DNA from: Euprymna scolopes
Taxonomy: Eukaryota
Direction: 5' to 3' (one strand)
DNA length: 60,333 nt
Assembly (NCBI GenBank): GCA_053919585.1
Contig: JBSSHM010000300.1
A program made the position numbers and the translations under genes. Below, one piece after another: positions 50,672 to 60,314 of the stretch. A model generated the notes under the pieces. It was not told where the DNA came from. It saw only the letters and a list, made by a program, of their open reading frames with translations, and made no database searches. Position 1 is the stretch's first letter; each line of letters opens with the position of its first letter.

Positions 50672-52438
50672 ATGGCATATATTGAGCGGACCTATATTAA
50701 CCAACTCCTTGCAAGGATTAACATTCTTGATCTCATTCAAAGCCGCATCAAGCTAAAAAAAGTAGGGAAAGATTATCAAGCCTGCTGCCCCTTTCACCAA
50801 GAAAAAACCCCCTCATTCACCGTTAATGAAGACAAACAATTTTTCCACTGTTTTGGCTGTGGTGAACATGGCACTTCTCTAGACTTTATTATGAAATACG
50901 ATGGCTTAGAGTTTATGGAAGCCATTGAACACCTCTCCCAACAAGCTGGACTACCCATGCCCAGCAACCACTATGCTCCAAAAGAAAAATTTGAAATCGA
51001 CCCCTACGAACTCCTTGAGCAATGCAATCAGCTATTTACTAAGCAACTACAAAATACTCCCACTGCCCAGCAATACATTACCAAGCGTCTCATCAATAAA
51101 CAAAGCATCAAACAATTTCGCCTAGGCTATGCTGCAGATAGCTGGGACAAACTCCTCCATTACTTTTCAGATGATCCAAAAAAAATTGCTCTTCTTAACA
51201 AACTTGACATGATTGTTGATCGTCGTGAAGCACAACAAAATAGCAAACGCTATGATCGTTTTCGCAACCGAATCATCTTCCCCATCATTGATCGCCGAGG
51301 GCGAACTATTGCTTTTGGAGCACGAGCGATTAATGAGAATGATCAACCCAAATACCTCAACAACTCCGAGACCATTACCTTTCACAAGCGCCGAGAAATT
51401 TACGGACTCTACCAATGCCTACAAGCTAAGAGAAATCCACCCTACTTACTGGTTACCGAAGGATACATGGATGTCATTGCTCTACACCAAGCTGGTATCC
51501 CCTATGCCATTGCCTCCATGGGTACAGCACTCACTACCGAGCAAATCAGCATGCTCTTTCGCCATACCAAACGCTTAATTATCTGCTTTGATGGTGATCA
51601 TGCAGGCAAACAAGCAGCAGAACGAGGACTTAAAACTATCCTACCTACTATTCAAGAACAATGGAAGATTGAATTCCTCCTGCTCCCTGAAGGCATGGAT
51701 CCTGATAACTACATCAAAGAACATGGCAAAGAAGCCTTCCTCTCAACCATAGAAAATTCTCTTGGTATCATTGAGTTTATCAAAAATTGTCTCAAACAAC
51801 ACGGCGATAGCAATAATCCAGAACACAAACCCCTTCTTGCTAAAGAGGCCAAACAATGGATTCGTCTCACGGCAGCAAACACATGGAAAGCTACACTCTT
51901 AGCTAGTCTAAGTCAACACCTAGAAATTAATAGCCAATACCTAAGCGAGACCTCTACTAAACCATCAAGCAACCAACCCGAGACAATTCGAGATTGGAGC
52001 AATGAACACAGCCGATTCACCCCCCAGCTAAAACTTTCTGATCGTTTTATTATTTACGCCTTATCCTACCCCAAGAGCATTCTTCAGCTCAAGCAAGAAG
52101 AAATTGATCTCCTCAACACCTTACCTCCACTCATTAACCAACTCATCCAAACCATACGCAGCAGTGAAAGACCTCTTCCTCCCATGGGGCTACTCATTGA
52201 AAATTGGCACGGCACACCCGACTATGAAACCCTTAAACGCTACCTCATGTGGAAAACACCGCTAAACGATGAACAACTCTCACAAGAAATAAAAAAAATC
52301 ATTGCCACCATAAAACAAGAAAAAAATAAGAAAGAATGGCAGGGGCTACAACAAAAAATGAAACTCTACGGTGAAGACGGGCTCACCGAAACAGAAAAAA
52401 AACGCTACTTAGAACTTATCTATCAACGCCGAAGCTAA
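50672..52438 (+). CDS. dnaG: DNA primase
   Basis: CPFHQEKTPSF..HCFGC zinc finger, KYLN, EGYMD, FDGD. Confidence 0.98.
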   Translation: MAYIERTYINQLLARINILDLIQSRIKLKKVGKDYQACCPFHQEKTPSFTVNEDKQFFHCFGCGEHGTSLDFIMKYDGLEFMEAIEHLSQQAGLPMPSNHYAPKEKFEIDPYELLEQCNQLFTKQLQNTPTAQQYITKRLINKQSIKQFRLGYAADSWDKLLHYFSDDPKKIALLNKLDMIVDRREAQQNSKRYDRFRNRIIFPIIDRRGRTIAFGARAINENDQPKYLNNSETITFHKRREIYGLYQCLQAKRNPPYLLVTEGYMDVIALHQAGIPYAIASMGTALTTEQISMLFRHTKRLIICFDGDHAGKQAAERGLKTILPTIQEQWKIEFLLLPEGMDPDNYIKEHGKEAFLSTIENSLGIIEFIKNCLKQHGDSNNPEHKPLLAKEAKQWIRLTAANTWKATLLASLSQHLEINSQYLSETSTKPSSNQPETIRDWSNEHSRFTPQLKLSDRFIIYALSYPKSILQLKQEEIDLLNTLPPLINQLIQTIRSSERPLPPMGLLIENWHGTPDYETLKRYLMWKTPLNDEQLSQEIKKIIATIKQEKNKKEWQGLQQKMKLYGEDGLTETEKKRYLELIYQRRS

Positions 52439-52530
52439 CAACTACACAAAACTATCAACCTATGCTAGGAGAAAAATACATAAAACTCATTCTGCAAAAA
52501 GACAAATAAAATATAACTATAATTTAAATA

Positions 52531-53298
52531 ATGCTTAATACTCCCTCATTCCGATTACATAATAAAAAAGCCTTAGTCATTGGTGCCAGTTCTGGCATTG
52601 GACAAGGCTGTGCCGTAGCACTGGGTGAATACGGTGCAGACGTCACCATCATGGCAAGAGGCAAACAAGAATTAGAAAAAACCGCTACACTTATTAAACA
52701 ACACGGTAGCCACGCCACCCCCATCGCCCTAGACGTTAGCGATATTAACAACACAAAAAAAACCATTGATGAACTTAGCCAGCAACAACCTTTTGACATT
52801 TTAGTTAATGCTGCGGGTATGGCTCGTCATAAACCTGCACTGGATACCACTGAAGAGGATTTTGATGTGGTATCAGCCCTTAATATAAAATCCACCTACT
52901 TCATCAGTCAAATCATTGCCAAACACTTAATCAAAGCAAATAAACCTGGATCGCTGATTCATATCTCATCACAAATGGGACACATTGGCGGTATTGACCG
53001 CAGTGTCTATTGTGCCAGTAAACATGCCGTGGAAGGCATGACTAAAGCCATGGCAATTGAATGGGGTAAACACAATATTCGAGTAAATACCATCTGTCCA
53101 ACCTTTATTAAAACCGCACTCACTGCCTCCACCTTTGAAAATCCCGAGCGAGTAAACTGGATAAAAGAAAAAATCAAATTAGATCGCATTGGTGAAGTGG
53201 AGGATATCATGGGTGCAGTAGTATTTTTAGCCAGCAATGCCAGTTCCTTAATTACTGGCACTTCCCTATTAATTGATGGCGGATGGACAGCAGGATAA
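52531..53298 (+). CDS. SDR-family oxidoreductase
   Basis: GASSGIG, NAAG, YCASK, DGGW. Confidence 0.93.
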   Translation: MLNTPSFRLHNKKALVIGASSGIGQGCAVALGEYGADVTIMARGKQELEKTATLIKQHGSHATPIALDVSDINNTKKTIDELSQQQPFDILVNAAGMARHKPALDTTEEDFDVVSALNIKSTYFISQIIAKHLIKANKPGSLIHISSQMGHIGGIDRSVYCASKHAVEGMTKAMAIEWGKHNIRVNTICPTFIKTALTASTFENPERVNWIKEKIKLDRIGEVEDIMGAVVFLASNASSLITGTSLLIDGGWTAG

Positions 53299-53393
53299 AC
53301 AAAATAATGGCTTAAAAAAGCAATAGCTTAAAGCCATACAAAAACATAGAGCCATCCTTTGCTTGATAATTCTCAAATCAAGCACACAGCCCC

Positions 53394-53849
53394 TTACTCA
53401 CCTAATGTAGCTTTCTTACGTATGGTTTGTGGTGTGATATTCAAATTATTTAGCTTGATTTTTATTAAATCGATGCGAGTACGTGATGCCATTGGTTGTG
53501 AGCGTAACTCCCACAAGCCTTTGCTATTTTTACGAATAATCATGTCACCAACAATATCGGCAACTTTTTTTTCCGTTGCCTCCACACTATGTCGATTGTT
53601 ATAACGTCCAATAATTAACTCATACACATACTGTGAAGAAGGATTGATTTTCTTAAAATCAAACTGCAAACTGTTATTCTCTAAAAGATCACTGATTTTT
53701 TTTGAATCAATATACTCATCTTTTTTAATAGTTTGCCAATCAACAACCGACTCATAACGATAGTTACCAAAATACCACCATGCCCCCACAAGCACTAAAA
53801 AACCACTAGCAAAAAGCAATACAACGCTAAATAACGAACGCATAATCAA
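53394..53849 (-). CDS. Membrane-anchored protein with degenerate SPOR-like domain
   Basis: N-terminal TM. YELIIGRYNN...WELRSQPMASR...LNNLNI follows SPOR spacing. Confidence 0.55.
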   Translation of the reverse strand: MIMRSLFSVVLLFASGFLVLVGAWWYFGNYRYESVVDWQTIKKDEYIDSKKISDLLENNSLQFDFKKINPSSQYVYELIIGRYNNRHSVEATEKKVADIVGDMIIRKNSKGLWELRSQPMASRTRIDLIKIKLNNLNITPQTIRKKATLGE

Positions 53850-53873
53850 TCACTCAAAATAACCCATCAAAAA

Positions 53874-54974
53874 TTAATGCCAAAATACTCCAATACCTGC
53901 CACCCCATGAGCCCCACACTGCTGGCTAAGTTGCAAATGTTGTTCATGTAAACCACCCAAATAATACACAGGCACACTCGCTAACTGCGTAAGTCCCTCC
54001 GCTCGCCTAAAGCCAATTGCCTGCTTAGTAGCATCAGATTGAGTCGGTAACACTGGTGAGATGCAAATAAAATTCACCTCAATTTTATCACTGTACAACA
54101 ACTCCTGTTCATTATGCACCGAAGCTGCCCAGCAATAATGCGGATAACTTTTTCTTATCTTATGCATTCCCTCCTTGGCTAAATGCACTAAATCTGATGA
54201 ACGCAAATGCCACCCCACAATTACTCCAGTAAACTCATCAGGCAATCGCCAACGTGCCACCTCATCATCCCCTGTCTCAACATTCATACTTGCACACTGA
54301 GAATTTAGCAAAAACTGACACGCATACTGCTTAGCTAAGCCTCGCAATTGCTTGGCAAATTCCCCATCTGCCAGGCATGTATTCCACTGTGCAAAAGGCA
54401 TACGCAATTGCAATAACCTTGCCCCCCTTTCACATGTCAAGCGTAATTTCTCTATCAACTCTACACCATCAGTAAATTCTCCACTAATGGCATAATAATT
54501 AGGCAAACAAATGGCATCTACTAAACCACGATTTGCCGCTGGCAACATGGATGCACGGATGCACTCACCCTCCCACCACTGAAGCACTTGCCCCTCAGCT
54601 GCATACGGTGTTAATGTGTAATGATGAATCTTATACACAAATAAATTCACCTGCAAATCATCATATCGCCACGGGATAGTCATCAAAGGCTGGCAACTCT
54701 GCCTATCGATATTAATCCCCAACTCTTCCATTAACTCCCGTTGCAGTGCCGCAAGTTGCGATTCCTGCGGCTCAATTTTTCCTCCCGGGAACTCCCAAAG
54801 TCCAGCAAAGGATTGCGTGGGGCGTCGCTGTGCTAATAAATACTCAGTGCGTGTATTCAATCCACCACCCGCTCCGCTATTCGCTCCACCATTCGCTCCG
54901 TCATTCTCTCCATTATCCGCTGATGGCACCTGCCGAGCAATCACCCCCACCACTACATTCATCATCTCTGCCAT
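53874..54974 (-). CDS. mutT: Nudix hydrolase MutT fused to a thiamine-phosphate-synthase-like domain
   Basis: WEFPGGKIE..ALQRELMEELG Nudix box; LQLR, ASVHN, SPVLPT, YLGG; follows argJ. Confidence 0.88.
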   Translation of the reverse strand: MAEMMNVVVGVIARQVPSADNGENDGANGGANSGAGGGLNTRTEYLLAQRRPTQSFAGLWEFPGGKIEPQESQLAALQRELMEELGINIDRQSCQPLMTIPWRYDDLQVNLFVYKIHHYTLTPYAAEGQVLQWWEGECIRASMLPAANRGLVDAICLPNYYAISGEFTDGVELIEKLRLTCERGARLLQLRMPFAQWNTCLADGEFAKQLRGLAKQYACQFLLNSQCASMNVETGDDEVARWRLPDEFTGVIVGWHLRSSDLVHLAKEGMHKIRKSYPHYCWAASVHNEQELLYSDKIEVNFICISPVLPTQSDATKQAIGFRRAEGLTQLASVPVYYLGGLHEQHLQLSQQCGAHGVAGIGVFWH

Positions 54975-55004
54975 CTTATCTATTCTTATCTCTTTAAGTA
55001 TTGG

Positions 55005-56273
55005 TTAACTGCGATAATCGGCATTAATACTCACATACTGATGGCTCAAATCCGTCGTCCATACCCGATGGTTTGCCTCACCCATACCCAAATCCACCAC
55101 AATACTAAACTCAGGCTTTTGCATAATTTTCTCTGCCACTGGCTCGCTATAATCTCGGCTAAGCTCAGCATTCTCCATCACCACATAGTCATCCAAATAA
55201 ATTTTTACTCGTGCAAAATCCATTGCCACACCCGAGCGCCCCACGGCGGCAGCAATTCTGCCTAAATTCGGATCTTCGGCATAAATGGCCGTTTTCACCA
55301 AAGGGGAATGCGCAATGCTCCATGCCACTTGCTTACAATCACTCAAGCATGCCCCACCTCTCACCTCAATGGTGACAAACTTTGTTGCTCCCTCACCATC
55401 ACGCACAATCGCCTGTGCCAACTCCAGCAACACCGCATTTAATGCCTCTTGCCACGCCCCCCAATGCTGTGCATCAGGATTCATACGCACCCCGCTGGTT
55501 GCCGTGGCAGTGAGCGTGCAAGCATCATTGGTGGAGGTATCCCCATCCACACTGATGCAATTAAATGAATTCTCTACCCCCTGCACCAATGCCTGCTGCA
55601 CATCCGCCTGTGCCATCTCCACATTGCTCCACGCAAAGGCTAGCATCGTTGCCATATTCGGATGAATCATGCCCGAACCCTTCGCTATACCACACACCTC
55701 AATCTGCTTCACCTCCCCTGCCACGCTAAGGCTAAATACTCGTTTTGCTAATTTTGGCTTAGTATCGGTGGTCATGATTGCCTGTGCCACTTGCAACAAT
55801 GCCTCATCTTGCACTGCTTCTTCCTGTGCCGTTTGCCCCCGATTGGCTGCCTCTGTTTGCATAGGGCAAAAATCTGTGATACCCTGCACAAATGGAGCAA
55901 GTGGCATAGCCTGATTAATCACCCCCGTTGAAAAGGGCAAAATCTGCTCCACTGCACAGCCTAGCTTATCCGCTAACAGCTCACAGCTCTGCTCACACAC
56001 CTGCACCCCCGCTAAACCATTGCCACAATTAGCATTACCACTATTAATTAATAAAGCACGTGTTTGGCTTGTGTGTTGCACATGCCGTTTTGCCACCTGC
56101 ACCGGTGCTGCCACAAAGCAATTTTGCGTGAACACACTGGCAGTGATAGCCTGCTCAGGGAAAGTGATCACCGCTAAATCTTTCCCCTGCTTTTTAAAAC
56201 CGGTACGCATTGCATAACACCCCACTTGGCTATCATCACTTATGTTCACTATTTTCTCTGCTTTCTCTGTCAC
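55005..56273 (-). CDS. argJ: Bifunctional ornithine acetyltransferase
   Basis: NSGNAN, STGVI, KGSGMIHPNMATML, RDGEGATK, NADYRS. Confidence 0.97.
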   Translation of the reverse strand: MTEKAEKIVNISDDSQVGCYAMRTGFKKQGKDLAVITFPEQAITASVFTQNCFVAAPVQVAKRHVQHTSQTRALLINSGNANCGNGLAGVQVCEQSCELLADKLGCAVEQILPFSTGVINQAMPLAPFVQGITDFCPMQTEAANRGQTAQEEAVQDEALLQVAQAIMTTDTKPKLAKRVFSLSVAGEVKQIEVCGIAKGSGMIHPNMATMLAFAWSNVEMAQADVQQALVQGVENSFNCISVDGDTSTNDACTLTATATSGVRMNPDAQHWGAWQEALNAVLLELAQAIVRDGEGATKFVTIEVRGGACLSDCKQVAWSIAHSPLVKTAIYAEDPNLGRIAAAVGRSGVAMDFARVKIYLDDYVVMENAELSRDYSEPVAEKIMQKPEFSIVVDLGMGEANHRVWTTDLSHQYVSINADYRS

Positions 56274-56298
56274 GCTTGCTTTCTCCTTAATAACTTAT

Positions 56299-58338
56299 TT
56301 ATGACTTATTCATTGCTTTTTCATACGCTTCAATCATCTTATCTAACTCTTGCTGTGAATAGCTACCTAAATTATTCAACTCCTCATCGCTTAGCTCAAC
56401 GTAGCGAGTGGCTTGCTGAATACGCTTGATGGCATGAGTGATATAGTCTGTGTCTGCCCATGAACGATTTTTTTTCTCATCCACTAACCTTTGTAATGCC
56501 TGCACGAATGCTGCTTTCTCTTCATCACTAGGCACGGCTTTTTTGATATCCTTAAGTTCTCCATTTTTACCCACTTGCTGTGTCATCTGCTCAACAAAAT
56601 TGCTGTTACCCCAATGATCTGTATATACTCCAGATAAGTTCGCCATAACGAGGTACGCTCCGCATAAGTTCGCAAAATTGAGGGTCGCTCCAGATAAGTT
56701 CGCAAAATTGAGGGTCGCTCCAGATAAGTTCGCCTCCCTGAGGTCCGCTCCGCATAAGTTCGCCCCATAGAGGCCCGCTCCGCATAAGTTCGCCCCATAG
56801 AGCCACGCTCCGCATAAGTTCGCCTTACGGAGGGCCGCTCCGCATAAGTTCGCCCCATAGAGGTCCGCTCCGCATAAGTTCGCCTTACGGAGGGCCGCTC
56901 CGCATAAGTTCGCCCCATAGAGGTCCGCTCCAGATAAGTTCGCATTACGGAGGACCGCTCCAGATAAATTCGCCCCATAGAGGCCCGCTCCGCATAAGTT
57001 CGCCTCACGGAGGTGCGCTCCGCATAAGTTCGCCTCACGGAGGTTCGCTCCGCATAAGTTCGCCTCATGGAGGTTCGCTCCAGATAAGTTCGCCTCAACG
57101 AGGTACGCTCCTGATAAGTTCGCCTTACGGAGGTCCGCTCCAGATAAATTCGCCTGCAAGAGCCACGCTCCGCATAAGTTCGCCTCAACGAGGTACGCTC
57201 CAGATAAGTTCGCCTCCCTGAGGTTCGCTCCGCATAAGTTTGCCTTATAGAGGTACGCTCCTTGCAAGTTAGCTTGCCCTAAGTTTATCCTAGCTAAGTA
57301 ACCCTCTGATGGAAACTGCACGCCAACCAAACTGATGGTTGCCAAAGGAAAATCATGATTCACCAAGAGATGAAACCAATCTTCAGCCGCAATGCGATTC
57401 ACTTGTTGCAATAGCGGATCGCTGGCAATCAATACCTGCAACCTATTCCAATAATCAATAAAAAAAATCCCAATATCTTTTTCTGATACTTTACCAAGCA
57501 ATGAGGTTAACTCTGCATCATCCAGTATTTTTTGATGTTGTTGCCGCAATACCGAAACAAAAATCTCAAAGGCAGGGCGGCGAAAGCTCTCGCCAAAATC
57601 CCCCTTTAAATAGCTTCGTAGCTGATGCAGAGCAGAAATTTGCAGGCTAATGACTGGTGATAAATTGCTATTATCCTCCTTAGCGTACGGAAGTAACGGT
57701 TGGGTAAGCGTGCTATCGGTTGAAATTTGTTTGCTTAGGGTAGTGAGGGGGGGAGCTAATGATGGATTATCAATCACGCCCGTTGCCCATTGTTGCAATT
57801 GTTGAAATTCTTTGAGATTGGTATCTTTACGGGCAGTGCTAAGTTCTTGTGATTTATTAATATCCCGATAAAACCAGATAATAAATAATACCGGTGCAGC
57901 AATCACCATATGTGCCACACTAAATAAACTCCACACACTCCCTTTATCACGACCTATCTCTAATAACTGACTCAGTGAACTCCATGGATCACTGAGCGAG
58001 TGAATAAATGATTTCACTTCACAGTCTGTTTTTACTTTCCCCACACAGGATAGACCGATTAAGAAATCATATAACACCACACCGAGATACGCCAATAGCA
58101 ACAAAAAAAACGCCTTGATACAGGCTTGCAAAAAAATAGTAGATTGCCAATCTGGAAATAGTTTTGCACCGTTTTTATACCTGTACCAGCGTATTTTTAC
58201 CCAATGCCCTATCTTGCCAGCTAAAGCGGTGATGGTTGACTTCACCCATGGGATGAGCTTAATGATGGGATTAGTCCACAGAAATTTTTTAGCGTTAATA
58301 AAAAAATTTTTCATCCGCTCTATCCACTCAATCGTCAA
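56299..58338 (-). CDS. Membrane-anchored pentapeptide-repeat protein
   Basis: Two predicted TM segments followed by about 43 A-x-L-x-x pentapeptides. Confidence 0.92.
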   Translation of the reverse strand: MTIEWIERMKNFFINAKKFLWTNPIIKLIPWVKSTITALAGKIGHWVKIRWYRYKNGAKLFPDWQSTIFLQACIKAFFLLLLAYLGVVLYDFLIGLSCVGKVKTDCEVKSFIHSLSDPWSSLSQLLEIGRDKGSVWSLFSVAHMVIAAPVLFIIWFYRDINKSQELSTARKDTNLKEFQQLQQWATGVIDNPSLAPPLTTLSKQISTDSTLTQPLLPYAKEDNSNLSPVISLQISALHQLRSYLKGDFGESFRRPAFEIFVSVLRQQHQKILDDAELTSLLGKVSEKDIGIFFIDYWNRLQVLIASDPLLQQVNRIAAEDWFHLLVNHDFPLATISLVGVQFPSEGYLARINLGQANLQGAYLYKANLCGANLREANLSGAYLVEANLCGAWLLQANLSGADLRKANLSGAYLVEANLSGANLHEANLCGANLREANLCGAHLREANLCGAGLYGANLSGAVLRNANLSGADLYGANLCGAALRKANLCGADLYGANLCGAALRKANLCGAWLYGANLCGAGLYGANLCGADLREANLSGATLNFANLSGATLNFANLCGAYLVMANLSGVYTDHWGNSNFVEQMTQQVGKNGELKDIKKAVPSDEEKAAFVQALQRLVDEKKNRSWADTDYITHAIKRIQQATRYVELSDEELNNLGSYSQQELDKMIEAYEKAMNKS
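56629..57273 (-). repeat. Coding 30-bp tandem array, 21.5 units: GCGAACTTAT(CT/GC)GGA-GCG-NNN-CTC-NNN-NNN
   Basis: Unit-by-unit reading; 645 bp; visibly more GC-rich than its flanks. Confidence 0.95.
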
Positions 58339-58372
58339 CCAATTGCTAGCATCATGTTTAATAATTTAAGGC

Positions 58373-59413
58373 TTAGGCTAGCAAAGGCAGTTGCTTAAGT
58401 CCTATGCATTCATCTATGCCAAGTATCAGGTTCATATTTTGTACTGCCTGCCCGCTTGCCCCTTTCATGAGGTTATCAATCACGGAGGAAATCACTAGTG
58501 TGTTCCGCCCTTGCGGCATCACTGCAGCCATGGCACAGCGATTCGTACCACGCACTTGCTTGGTTGTCGGTATGCTTGCTCTAAGCAGGCGAATAAATGG
58601 CTCATCGGCGTAACAATCCTGCCATGCTTGATAAATATCTGCTAGGCTCACCCCTTGTGCTAATTGGCAGTAGATGGTGGATTCAATGCCACGTGTGAGC
58701 GGCAAAAGATGTGGTACAAAGGTTACTTGTATGCTTGCCTTACCTTGGCGAAAACGGCTCAACTCTTGTTCAATTTCTGGCAAATGGCGATGCCCTGATA
58801 CGCCGTATGCCTTAAAATTTTCATCATTTTCTGTGTAAAGATTGCCCAAATTAAGGCTCTTGCCTGCCCCACTGATGCCACTTTTGCTATCAATAACGAT
58901 ACCTTGCTCAGCGATTAGCCCAGCTTGTAATAAGGGAGCTAGAGGAAGCTGAATGGAGGTGGGATAACAGCCGGGATTGGCAATCAGCTGGGCATTGGCT
59001 ATGTTTGCTCGATGCAGTTCAGTTAGCCCGTACACCGCTTGCTCAAGTGCAGTTAAATCGCTATGCTCACAGCCATACCATTTAACAAATTGCTCAGCAT
59101 CTTGCAGGCGAAAATCAGCAGATAAATCAATCACCTTAACCCCTGCTTGCATGAGTTCACCAGCTTGTTGCATAGCAACTTGATGTGGCGTGGCATAAAA
59201 TACCACATCGCAGGCTTTGAGTTTTGCCATGTTGACATCTTCAAAGCATAGTGGTGAATCAAATCCCGGAAATACCTCTGCAATGGATTGCCCAGCTTGT
59301 GAGCGTGAGGCAATGGTGTGAATGCTTATTTGTGGATGTGGAATAAGCAGTCTTAATAGTTCCAATCCTGTGTAGCCGGTGCTACCAACAATACCAATAA
59401 GAAATTTTTTCAT
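58373..59413 (-). CDS. argC: N-acetyl-gamma-glutamyl-phosphate reductase
   Basis: GSTGYTG, DLSADFR, ANPGCYPT, DNLMKGASGQAVQN. Confidence 0.98.
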   Translation of the reverse strand: MKKFLIGIVGSTGYTGLELLRLLIPHPQISIHTIASRSQAGQSIAEVFPGFDSPLCFEDVNMAKLKACDVVFYATPHQVAMQQAGELMQAGVKVIDLSADFRLQDAEQFVKWYGCEHSDLTALEQAVYGLTELHRANIANAQLIANPGCYPTSIQLPLAPLLQAGLIAEQGIVIDSKSGISGAGKSLNLGNLYTENDENFKAYGVSGHRHLPEIEQELSRFRQGKASIQVTFVPHLLPLTRGIESTIYCQLAQGVSLADIYQAWQDCYADEPFIRLLRASIPTTKQVRGTNRCAMAAVMPQGRNTLVISSVIDNLMKGASGQAVQNMNLILGIDECIGLKQLPLLA

Positions 59414-59465
59414 ATTTTTATAGTTTTTTACTTAAGTGTTAGCCATGATGATAGACGGCAATTAT

Positions 59466-59999
59466 TTATTTTACTGAGAGTTCAAATTCTTCAGCTAGTT
59501 GCTCAATCCAATCATCAATTCTTGGTTCGGTAAGCTCTGGTTGCTGATCTTCATCTAAGGCTAGTCCAACAAATAACTCATTATCTTCAATGGTGGCTTT
59601 GGATTGAGTATGTTCAAATCCCTCGGTGGACATGTAGCCACAAGGTGTACCACCATTGGCTACCATAATATCGTGCGTTAGCCCCATGGCATCAAGGAAA
59701 TAATCGGCATAATCATATTGATCGCCTAAGCCCATACATGCTACTTTTTTATTGCTGAAATCAATGCTTTTGAAATCTTCCCAAAAGTCTTCCCAATGGC
59801 TTTGTAGCTCGCCATAGTACCAAGTGGGATGGCTAAGTATTAGCAGTTGGTAAGGCTCAAAATCTTCTTTTCTGCTTTCGCTTAAATCATGCAGAATGAC
59901 TTGTGCATGGTATTGATCTTCTATGCGATCTTTAATCATATCAGCAATACGCTCGCTATTGCCAGTATCCGTGCCGTAAAATAATCCAACTTTATTCAT
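59466..59999 (-). CDS. fldA: Long-chain flavodoxin
   Basis: GTDTGNSE, PTWYYGE, GLGDQ, GLALDED. Confidence 0.93.
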   Translation of the reverse strand: MNKVGLFYGTDTGNSERIADMIKDRIEDQYHAQVILHDLSESRKEDFEPYQLLILSHPTWYYGELQSHWEDFWEDFKSIDFSNKKVACMGLGDQYDYADYFLDAMGLTHDIMVANGGTPCGYMSTEGFEHTQSKATIEDNELFVGLALDEDQQPELTEPRIDDWIEQLAEEFELSVK

Positions 60000-60206
60000 T
60001 CACTTATTCACTTTTTTTTGTTGTACACTTTTAGTGTGTCTTTGTTATTTAATCAATTTATCTAGCTAATCCTTAACTTTTATCTTCTCCTGCCCCATCT
60101 ATCCAATCAGTATCTTATATCCTGAGAAAATTTTATGTATGTACTCGCCTTGATATTTTTAAAAAAAATTTTAAAGCTAGCCCAACTAAAAGATACAATT
60201 AAAATA

Positions 60207-60314
60207 GGACGGTAGGCTGGTATCTTGCAACAGTAGCCTATAAACCCCGCCAGGTTCGAAAGAAAGCAACGGTAGTAGGATTTATTGGGTGCCGAGATGT
60301 TTGGTCTGCCGTCT
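60207..60314 (+). ncRNA. ffs: Bacterial small SRP RNA (4.5S)
   Basis: Helix-8 motif CCGCCAGGTTC-GAAA-GAAAGCAACGG; terminal stem GACGGTAGGC/GTCTGCCGTC; TACAAT -10 at 60194-60199. Confidence 0.92.

Noticed and set aside
53307-53337. Hairpin ATGGCTT...AAGCCAT between convergent genes
   Set aside because: Possible terminator, but the stem is interrupted and there is no clear U tract.
56583-57188. 201-aa Arg-rich alternative-frame ORF (RTYAERT repeats) and the 56606-56815 ORF
   Set aside because: By-products of the stop-free 30-bp repeat in shifted frames.
56629-57273. CRISPR-like constant/variable alternation
   Set aside because: Variable parts are about 12 bp, recur, and stay in frame within a CDS; no cas genes.
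3694-59313. Numerous 60-150 aa ORFs antisense to or nested in well-identified genes (e.g. 3694-3954, 16566-16970, 31876-32205, 48386-48847, 55285-55665)
   Set aside because: Shadow ORFs of conserved genes with no motifs of their own.
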